NCBI GenBank assembly: GCA_944392735.1 | Contig: CALXXR010000008.1 | Span: forward strand, 1 to 42,297 | Direction of reading: 5' to 3' | Length of the DNA: 42,297 bases | Origin: an uncultured Spirochaetaceae bacterium | GTDB taxonomy: Bacteria; Spirochaetota; Spirochaetia; Sphaerochaetales; Sphaerochaetaceae | Shown here: positions 35,686 to 42,297 of the stretch, in pieces | How positions within the stretch are numbered: position 1 is the stretch's first letter | Layout: each line of letters opens with the position of its first letter | Translations under genes and position numbers: made by a program | Notes under the pieces: model-generated | Database searches by the model: none | What the model was told of the DNA's origin: nothing | Seen by the model: only the letters and a program-made list of their open reading frames with translations

Positions 35686-36207
35686 ATGAAGAGAGCGCTT
35701 GCTGCAATCCTCATCATCCTTTGCCTGAGCCCCGCCGTTGCCGGAGACCATCATGATGTCTCCTTCTCCATAGGGCAATCCAGCTATAGATGGCCGGAGA
35801 AGGGCATCAGCGTATCCTACGGCATCAACATCGGGCTGACGGGACGCATGGAGCTGGGGCTCTGGGGGATCTCGGAGGCCGTTCCCTCACCATTTGCATC
35901 GAATATGCTCGGAATGGAGCTCTCCTTCTCGCTCCTTGGCTCACGGTCGACGGCCTCCAAGGCTGCCGGAAGCGGCATAAGCATGCTTCTCTCCGTCGGA
36001 GGCTTCTACAGGACGGACAATGGCGGCGCCGGTCCTATCGTCTCGATTTCCCCGCTTTCCGTCGGAACGCCGATCTCAGGCCGCAGGGAGCGGATCCTGA
36101 AGACCGGAGTGGGCTACGATGCCGTGAACGGGGAGGTCATCGTGGCCTTCTCGCTGATCTCTTTCGACTGGTATCTCCGCGGCACCTGGCGCGATCATTC
36201 CTTCTAG
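35686..36207 (+). CDS. small exported protein ending in ...WRDHSF (possible outer-membrane beta-barrel)
   Basis: The signal peptide is MKRALAAILIILCLSPAVAG. The sequence is Gly/Ser-rich with alternating strands and a C-terminal Phe. It begins 9 nt after the previous gene. Confidence 0.55.
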   Translation: MKRALAAILIILCLSPAVAGDHHDVSFSIGQSSYRWPEKGISVSYGINIGLTGRMELGLWGISEAVPSPFASNMLGMELSFSLLGSRSTASKAAGSGISMLLSVGGFYRTDNGGAGPIVSISPLSVGTPISGRRERILKTGVGYDAVNGEVIVAFSLISFDWYLRGTWRDHSF

Positions 36208-36209
36208 GC

Positions 36210-36650
36210 TCATCTGCCTTCGAGCGCCATCATCTTCTCGATGCGCCTCTGATGGCGTCCGCCTTCGAATGAGGCATCGATGTATGCGTCCAGCATCTTC
36301 TCGACAGGCTCAGGATACTCCACGCGTCCGCCGAAGGCGATGAAGTTGGCATTGTTGTGCATCCGCGCCATCCTCGCCGAGAAGGATGTCTGGGGAAGCG
36401 CGCATCTGATGCCTTCCATCTTGTTCGCGGATATGGAGATGCCTATTCCGGTTCCGCACATGAGGATGCCGAAGTCATAGCCGCCTCTGCGGTATTCCAT
36501 GACGGCCTTCGCCGCATAGTCGGGGTAGTCCACGCTCTCCTCGCTGTCGGTGCCGAGGTATTCGTAATCGATGCCCCTTGCCTTCAGGTGATCGAGCATC
36601 CTCTTCGCGAGATCGACTGCGCCATGATCGTTTGCCACTACTGCCTTCAA
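36210..36650 (-). CDS. rpiB: ribose-5-phosphate isomerase B
   Basis: 146 aa with an apparent TTG start and the RpiB/LacAB signature GILMCGTGIGISISANK. Confidence 0.9.
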   Translation of the reverse strand: MKAVVANDHGAVDLAKRMLDHLKARGIDYEYLGTDSEESVDYPDYAAKAVMEYRRGGYDFGILMCGTGIGISISANKMEGIRCALPQTSFSARMARMHNNANFIAFGGRVEYPEPVEKMLDAYIDASFEGGRHQRRIEKMMALEGR

Positions 36651-36701
36651 TGCATTCTCCTTTCCCTTCCCACCGTGCTCCTTTCAGTCTAACATGTATC
36701 C

Positions 36702-38342
36702 ATGAGAATATACATCACGGGCCACCGCAATCCCGATATGGATTCGGTATGCGCCGCATACTCCTATGCAGTGCTGAAGAACAAGGTCGATCCCGCCAAC
36801 GAGTACGTACCGGTCATGCTTGGACCTGCGAACAGCAGCACCAAGCGCGCGTTCGAGGCCCTTGGCCTGGAGCTGCCGCAGTTCCTTCGCGATGTGCGTC
36901 CCCGTGTCCGCGATGTCCAGCGCTATCCATCAAGCTCCGTTGCGCCAGGCGATCCACTGTACCTCCTGATGGATATCTTCCGCCGCCGGAAGCCATCCGT
37001 CGTCCCCGTGATCGACGAAGGCCGATACCTTGGGCTCCTGACCGCCGATGACATCAACGCCTTCTTCCTCCGCGAGAACAGCGGGGTGTTGAGGCAGAAC
37101 TACATCATCTCGGAGGAGAACATCGAGCGCATCCTCGAAGGCGAGTGCATCAAGCATGGCAGCGGCCGGCTTGTGGAGGCTCCGTACATGATCGGGGCGA
37201 TGGAGTACAGCGTCTACATCTCGCGCCTCGAGAGGCTTCCCGTGAAGCCTGTGCTCATCGTCGGAGGCAGGAGAAGGCATATCCAGGCTGCGATCGACAG
37301 CCAGCTTCCCGGGATCGTCATCACGGGAGTCTCCGACGCCACGAAGCTCGGGATCGACTTCAGCTCGTATGATGGGTTCGTGTATCTCTCGTACCTCGAT
37401 ACGGCAGAGACGCTGCGGCTCCTGAGGCTGTCCATACCAGTGAGCACGATCATCCCCGAAAGGAACGAGGCCATGGATATCGATTCCGATGAGCTCTTCA
37501 CGGAGGCGAAGCGTCGTCTGCAGGAGAGCGACTTCAGGGCTCTGGCGGTCTTTCAGGATGGGGTCTGGACAGGCTATGCGACAAGGCGCTGCTTCCTGGA
37601 CAAGCCGCGTCAGCCTGTCATCCTCGTTGACCACAACGAGCCTGAGCAGAGCGTTCCAGGCATCGAGGATGCGGATATCAAGGAGATACTGGACCATCAT
37701 CGCCTTGCGCCGCCAAGGATGACGACGCCGATCTACATCGTCTCCGAGCCGCTGGGATCGACATGCTCGATCGTCTATGAGCAGTTCCGCAAATGGGGCG
37801 TGGACATCGACCCGACGACGGCGCGCGTGATGCTATCAGGCCTCACCTCCGATACCGTCATGCTCAAGAGCCCTACGACGACGCCTTATGACGAGCATGT
37901 GGCGAGGAGGCTCTGCGCTATCGGCGGCATCGACGACTACAGCGCATTCGCACGCGATCTCTTCTCCGGCGGCTCCGCGCTTGCCGACCGCAATCCGAAG
38001 GATGTCATCCTCTCCGATATGAAGACATACAGCGAGAAGGGCTGCCGCTTCGCGATCGGGCAGGCGGAGGTGATGTCGCTCGAGGAGGTCAGGGGGCTCT
38101 GCAGGCACTATATCGATTCGCTGAAGGCCGTTGCTGCGGAGAAGGGGCTCGACTGGTGCATGCTGCTCATCACCGATGTGATCAAGGGGGATTCCGTGCT
38201 CCTCTCGACGCCGTTCTCCAAGGAGAGGCGCCTCATCTACGATCGCCTCGAGGATGGCGCATACAGCCTTCCCGGAGTGCTCTCGAGGAAGAAGCAGCTC
38301 CTGCCTGAGATACTCCGCGTGCTCGGGGAGGACCAGCCTTGA
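36702..38342 (+). CDS. CBS-domain-containing family II inorganic pyrophosphatase (DHH-CBS-DRTGG-DHHA2)
   Basis: DHH motifs are GHRNPDMDSV and VDHNE...ILDHHRL. A CBS/DRTGG-like insert is present (VVPVIDEGRYLGLLTADD, PGIVITG). The DHHA2 end is ...FAIGQAEV. Confidence 0.87.
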   Translation: MRIYITGHRNPDMDSVCAAYSYAVLKNKVDPANEYVPVMLGPANSSTKRAFEALGLELPQFLRDVRPRVRDVQRYPSSSVAPGDPLYLLMDIFRRRKPSVVPVIDEGRYLGLLTADDINAFFLRENSGVLRQNYIISEENIERILEGECIKHGSGRLVEAPYMIGAMEYSVYISRLERLPVKPVLIVGGRRRHIQAAIDSQLPGIVITGVSDATKLGIDFSSYDGFVYLSYLDTAETLRLLRLSIPVSTIIPERNEAMDIDSDELFTEAKRRLQESDFRALAVFQDGVWTGYATRRCFLDKPRQPVILVDHNEPEQSVPGIEDADIKEILDHHRLAPPRMTTPIYIVSEPLGSTCSIVYEQFRKWGVDIDPTTARVMLSGLTSDTVMLKSPTTTPYDEHVARRLCAIGGIDDYSAFARDLFSGGSALADRNPKDVILSDMKTYSEKGCRFAIGQAEVMSLEEVRGLCRHYIDSLKAVAAEKGLDWCMLLITDVIKGDSVLLSTPFSKERRLIYDRLEDGAYSLPGVLSRKKQLLPEILRVLGEDQP

Positions 38343-38749
38343 TCATCCCAAGGGATTTCCTTGTCTACTGCGTCTTCGGCTTCATGGCGACAGTCGTGAA
38401 CATGCTGAGCTATGAGATCCTCTATGCGCTTCTGGGGCTTGCGAACACGCCATCGGTTGCGCTTTCCTGGCTTCTCGCCGTCACGTTCGCATTCTTCACG
38501 AACAAGTTCATCGTCTTCAGGGTGAAGGGTAGGAAGGAGCGCCATGGACTGGCGGCGGAGCTGATGTACTTCTATCTCTGCCGGGCGATGAGCGGGGTGC
38601 TGGATGTCGTCATCATGTTCATCGCAGTCGATGTCCTGGATCTGAACCATACGCTCTGGAAATTCATCTCCAACCTTGTCGTGGGCCTCTGCAACTACCT
38701 CGCAGGGCGCTTCTTCATCTTCGCCAAGGAGCGCGATCAGACGCCCTGA
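38339..38749 (+). CDS. GtrA-family membrane protein
   Basis: 136 aa with four TM segments and FFTNKFIVFR. The TTG start overlaps the pyrophosphatase stop by 4 nt. Confidence 0.78.
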   Translation: MIIPRDFLVYCVFGFMATVVNMLSYEILYALLGLANTPSVALSWLLAVTFAFFTNKFIVFRVKGRKERHGLAAELMYFYLCRAMSGVLDVVIMFIAVDVLDLNHTLWKFISNLVVGLCNYLAGRFFIFAKERDQTP

Positions 38750-40761
38750 ACCCTGATGATCGATGGTATCTGGCGTATCGCCTGCGTCGTCTTCTTCATC
38801 GCCTCCTCGCTGTCGGCGCTGATGGTGAAGGTGCCCACGAGCCCGTCGGGGGAGACATCGAGGGCTCCCTGGATCAGGTGGCTGTTGTGCTTGCGTACGG
38901 CATTGTCGATCTCGCTGAAGAGCTCCGAGTTGAACCTGGCCGTTACCGAGAACCTCCTGACAAGCTCCTGGCTGTCCCATTCCACAGGGACTATGCGCCT
39001 GTCGGCCTCGGGCATGTTCGCTAGGTTCGGGCAGTCGCGCCTGTGTATGACATAGCCCCTTCCCCTCGTGATGTATGCGACGATGTCGTCGCCATGTACC
39101 GGATTGCAGCACTTGGCGAAGTCGAAGAGGATGTTGCTGTTCTCCCCGATGACGACGGTGCCCTTCTTGTCATGCGATGTGAACCTCAGGCCCTGGAGCG
39201 TGGGGATGCGCTTCTTCGCGTTCTCCATCGCCGCCGCATTCTGCTGCGGTGCATTCTGCTTCTTCTGGGGCTGTGCGATCGGCAGGTTCGTAGCCTCGTT
39301 CTTGTTGAGCCATGCCCTGATCTTCTTCCTCGCAGATGTCGTCTGGGCGTATTCCAGCCACTGCTGGTTCGGATGGGCGTTGGGGCTGGTCATGATCTCC
39401 ACGATCTGCGTGTTCCCCAAAGGCTTATTCAGAGGGATGATCGAGCCATCCGCCCTCGCTCCGGAGCAGTGGTTGCCGATCTCCGTGTGGACCTTGTAGG
39501 CGAAGTCGAGCGCTGTCGAACCCACGGGCAGCTCTATGACATGCCCCTGCGGCGTGAATACGACGATCGAATCCTTCAGGAGCTCGTTCTTGATCTCGTC
39601 CATGAAGTCCTCGCTCTGGGCGATCTCCTTGGACCAGGTCTTTATCTTCTTGATGATCTTCTGGTAGTTGATGGAATCCACGGTCTTCCAGGTGCCGGAC
39701 TCGGAGCCCGAGGCCGCCTTGTATGCCCAATGCGCGGCGACGCCTTCCTCCGCGGTCTTGTGCATCTCCTGCGTCCTTATCTGGATCTCGAGGTGCCTGT
39801 TCTGCGGTCCGAGGACCGTGGTGTGCAGCGACTGGTAGTTGTTCGCCTTGGGCATGGCGATGTAGTCCTTGAAGCGCCCCTCGATGGGGATCCACATCGA
39901 ATGGATGACGCCGAGGATCGTGTAGCATTCCACCGTCGTCTGGCAGATCACGCGGATGCCGAGGATGTCGTAGATCTCGTCGATCTCCTTCTTCCTCTTC
40001 TTGATCTTCTGGTAGATGGAGTAGGCGTGCTTGACGCGCCCCGTGATCTCGATGTCGGTGATGCCGGCCTTGGCGCAGGCCTCGGCTATCGCCTTGGAGA
40101 CCTGCTTGATGTATGCGGTGTACTCGCCCTTCTTCTCTAGCAGGTATCCGTTGATGTAGTCATACGATTCCGGCTTGAGAGCCTTGAGCGAGAGATCCTC
40201 CAGCTCGCTCTTGATCGTCTGCATGCCGAGGCTGTCCGCGATCGGGGCGAATATGTCCAGGCAGTCCTCTGCGAATGCTCTCCTGCGCTCGGGCGAGAGC
40301 CCGTCGATCGTGCGCATGTTGTGCAGCTTGTCGGCCAGCTTTATGAGGATGACCCTGAGATCCTTCGACATGGCGAAGAACATCTTCTTGATCGTCTCCG
40401 CTTCCTGTATGGACTTCTCATCGGTGATCCTCGATATCTTGGTGACCGCCTGCACCATCTCCCCGACTTCCTTGCCGAAGATCGTCGCGATCTCCTCCTC
40501 GGTCGTCTCGGTATCCTCGAGCGTGTCGTGCAGGAGGCCGGCGGATACGGTGTCTGCATCCATGCCGATCTGCATGAGTATCTCGGCGACGGCCATCGGG
40601 TGGGTTATGTACGGCTCTCCCGTCTTCCTCTTCTGCTCTCCATGCCTCTTTGCGGCGAAGACGGCTGCAGCGGCGATCTTGTCCTTGTCCTCATCGGAGT
40701 AGCGTATGATCTTCTTTACGAATCTGTCGACCAGATCTTTGTTAGGGAAGTCTTCTGCCAT
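38737..40761 (-). CDS. relA: bifunctional (p)ppGpp synthetase/hydrolase (RelA/SpoT homolog)
   Basis: ORF track gives 38737..40785. I trimmed the start to ATG 40761 (MAEDFPNKD). The HD domain (HPMAVAEIL...LHDTLEDT), synthetase (NYQSLHTTV), TGS (VFTPQGHVIELPVGSTALDFAY) and a C-terminal ACT-like domain are all present. Confidence 0.93.
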   Translation of the reverse strand: MAEDFPNKDLVDRFVKKIIRYSDEDKDKIAAAAVFAAKRHGEQKRKTGEPYITHPMAVAEILMQIGMDADTVSAGLLHDTLEDTETTEEEIATIFGKEVGEMVQAVTKISRITDEKSIQEAETIKKMFFAMSKDLRVILIKLADKLHNMRTIDGLSPERRRAFAEDCLDIFAPIADSLGMQTIKSELEDLSLKALKPESYDYINGYLLEKKGEYTAYIKQVSKAIAEACAKAGITDIEITGRVKHAYSIYQKIKKRKKEIDEIYDILGIRVICQTTVECYTILGVIHSMWIPIEGRFKDYIAMPKANNYQSLHTTVLGPQNRHLEIQIRTQEMHKTAEEGVAAHWAYKAASGSESGTWKTVDSINYQKIIKKIKTWSKEIAQSEDFMDEIKNELLKDSIVVFTPQGHVIELPVGSTALDFAYKVHTEIGNHCSGARADGSIIPLNKPLGNTQIVEIMTSPNAHPNQQWLEYAQTTSARKKIRAWLNKNEATNLPIAQPQKKQNAPQQNAAAMENAKKRIPTLQGLRFTSHDKKGTVVIGENSNILFDFAKCCNPVHGDDIVAYITRGRGYVIHRRDCPNLANMPEADRRIVPVEWDSQELVRRFSVTARFNSELFSEIDNAVRKHNSHLIQGALDVSPDGLVGTFTISADSEEAMKKTTQAIRQIPSIIRVQGV

Positions 40762-41563
40762 ATACCACTCGCTCCTTGCCCGCAAGGTCCTTCACCGTAT
40801 GGATATCGGAAAAGCCGCTGCTTTCAAGAAGACTACCACATATTCCCGTCTGCCGATAGTCGCATTCGATGGCCAGGAAGCCATCTGGAGCAAGCACCGA
40901 AGGGGCATCGGCGATGATCGTCCTGATGATGTCCAGACCGTCGTCTCCGCCTCCTATGAAGGCCAGCTTCGGCTCCGCCTTCACGTCGATCTCCGTCTCC
41001 TCGTACCAGATGTCGGTGAGGTAGGGCGGGTTGGTGGCGATGATGTCGAATTCCGATCCCTTCCATGGATCGAGGAGGCTTCCAAGCCTCGACGATGGTG
41101 CTCTGCCCGTTATCCTCAGGTAGTTGCCCTCTGCGACGCTGAGCGCCTTTGGGGATATGTCGGACATCGATACGGGCTGGGAGAGGGCATATGATATCGA
41201 GGCCGCGATCGCGCCGCTTCCGGTGCACAGGTCCAGGATGCGCGGATTCCCGAAGCGCTTCGAGAGCTCCAGCGCAGTCTCCACCAGCGTCTCGGTGTCC
41301 GGACGCGGTATGAGAACGTCCTTGGTGACCATGAATGCATGGCCGTAGAATTCCTTCTCTCCCGTTATGTAGGCCATCGGCGTTCCTGAGAGGCGCCTCT
41401 CGAGAAGGGAGTAGGCCATGGCCTGCTCCTCAGGCGATACCTCCTTGTCGTACTGGACGATCTGCTGGATGGCATCCAGACCCGTGGAGAGGTGGATGAT
41501 GATCCTTGCATCGGTGCCTTCCGTCCTCTCCAGGAGCTCCTTCTTCAGTTCGGAGAGCCTCAC
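40742..41563 (-). CDS. prmC: release factor glutamine methyltransferase
   Basis: [12 protein letters not shown] and IATNPPYL are present. It overlaps prfA by 4 nt and relA by about 20 nt. Confidence 0.9.
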   Translation of the reverse strand: MRLSELKKELLERTEGTDARIIIHLSTGLDAIQQIVQYDKEVSPEEQAMAYSLLERRLSGTPMAYITGEKEFYGHAFMVTKDVLIPRPDTETLVETALELSKRFGNPRILDLCTGSGAIAASISYALSQPVSMSDISPKALSVAEGNYLRITGRAPSSRLGSLLDPWKGSEFDIIATNPPYLTDIWYEETEIDVKAEPKLAFIGGGDDGLDIIRTIIADAPSVLAPDGFLAIECDYRQTGICGSLLESSGFSDIHTVKDLAGKERVVYGRRLP

Positions 41564-42297
41564 GCTTCCTTGAGCGCCTCTTCGCCGGCTGCGAGCCTGA
41601 GAGCCTCTATGAGCTCGTCCAGATCGCCTTCGATGATGGAGTCCAGCTTGTAGAGCGTGAGGTTGATCCTGTGGTCGGTGACCCTGTTCTGGGGAAAGTT
41701 GTAGGTGCGGATGCGTTCGGACCTGTCTCCCGATCCGACCATGCTGCGCCTCGCGTCGGCCCTTTCCTTCTGCTTCTTCGCCTCCTCCATCTCATAGAGC
41801 CTGGACCTGAGGACCCTCAGTGCCTTGGCCCTGTTCTTGATCTGGGACTTCTCATCCTGGCAGATGACGACGAGGCCGGTGGGGATATGGGTGAGGCGGA
41901 CGGCGGAGTCGGTGGTGTTGACGCACTGCCCGCCGGGACCACCAGCCCTCATGACATCGACCCTGAGGTCCTCCGGTCTGATCTCGATGTCCGTCTCCTC
42001 CGCTTCCGGAAGCACTGCCACCGTGATCGCCGAGGTGTGTATCCTGCCGCCGGACTCCGTCTCGGGCACGCGCTGCACGCGATGCACTCCCGATTCGAAG
42101 CGCAGGTATCCGTAGACGTCCTTGCCGGAGATGGAGACGACGATCTCCTTGTATCCTCCTATGCCGGACTCGCTGGATGACATGATCTCCATCTTCCAGT
42201 GCATCTTCTCGGCGTAGTGGGAATACATGCGGAATATGTCGGCCGCAAAGAGCGAAGCCTCATCCCCGCCTGTGCCGGCCCTGATCTCCATGATGAT
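41560..42297 (-). CDS. prfA: peptide chain release factor 1, C-terminal ~245 codons; the 5' end lies outside the window
   Basis: The frame is open to the window edge. [15 protein letters not shown], the GGQ motif [24 protein letters not shown], and [17 protein letters not shown] are present. Confidence 0.93.
   Translation of the reverse strand: MIMEIRAGTGGDEASLFAADIFRMYSHYAEKMHWKMEIMSSSESGIGGYKEIVVSISGKDVYGYLRFESGVHRVQRVPETESGGRIHTSAITVAVLPEAEETDIEIRPEDLRVDVMRAGGPGGQCVNTTDSAVRLTHIPTGLVVICQDEKSQIKNRAKALRVLRSRLYEMEEAKKQKERADARRSMVGSGDRSERIRTYNFPQNRVTDHRINLTLYKLDSIIEGDLDELIEALRLAAGEEALKEA

Noticed and set aside
38237-40140. Two long ORFs (38237..39112 minus-strand frame, 39043..40140 plus strand) overlapping the GtrA and relA genes
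   Set aside because: Their translations are His/Arg/Asp/Leu-rich without motifs. relA (HD, synthetase, TGS, ACT domains) and GtrA fully explain the region.
1-42297. CRISPR arrays, tRNA/rRNA genes, IS elements, integrases, riboswitch-sized leaders
   Set aside because: Apart from 4111-4270 and the relic patch at 29796-30640, no non-coding stretch exceeds about 150 nt. I saw no regularly spaced repeats, no cloverleaf-like segments, and no transposase or recombinase motifs in any listed ORF. This is a by-eye negative and should be confirmed with tRNAscan, Infernal and CRISPR finders.

Overview
This is a gene-dense 42.3-kb chromosomal segment with about 50 protein genes, many separated by 1-20 nt overlaps or spacers under 60 nt. 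I found no rRNA, tRNA, CRISPR array, transposase or integrase by eye.

Most of the window is GC-rich housekeeping DNA:
- rlmB-like (partial), purD, dus, PSP1, GNAT, rpsT, an HU/IHF-like gene, lnt, cinA, rho and rpmE.
- A GHMP-like/surE/YkgJ-like operon, then nifS-nifU plus a small HTH gene.
- A long uridine-kinase-family gene, DUF4186, an AOR-like gene and a YfcE-type phosphoesterase.
- A frame-disrupted lipoprotein gene, a SAM methyltransferase, and a lysophospholipase-like hydrolase with YihY and an unknown gene.
- ccdA plus a thioredoxin-like gene, and Fe-ADH.
- rpiB, a CBS-type family II pyrophosphatase, GtrA, and a prfA(partial)-prmC-relA operon.

LVSC-type lipoboxes, NifS/NifU Fe-S genes and the HU and Rho features suggest a spirochaete-like host. 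That is a weak inference.

The accessory-looking part is 26.2-31.4 kb:
- A Y-family polymerase + YolD-like pair sits directly behind cysE-cysK.
- A diverged ~92-bp direct repeat duplicates the polymerase-start/cysK-end junction 2266 nt away.
- An AT-rich mosaic patch carries a 5' fragment of an AAA ATPase gene, a 3' fragment of a GH130 gene and an intact VapBC-type toxin-antitoxin pair.

Other items worth a second look:
- A tightly packed five-gene unit at 31.4-36.2 kb (dihydropyrimidinase-like, HAD-cytidine deaminase fusion, PLD-family lipoprotein, two small exported proteins ending in Phe).
- A galactokinase-like protein with degenerate catalytic motifs, coupled to surE and a Cys-cluster protein.
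- An orphan antitoxin-like HTH gene coupled to nifU.

I found no recognisable known defence or mobile system beyond VapBC.

All function calls rest on motif recognition in the supplied translations; no database search was possible. Several start codons were re-chosen by hand and remain uncertain.
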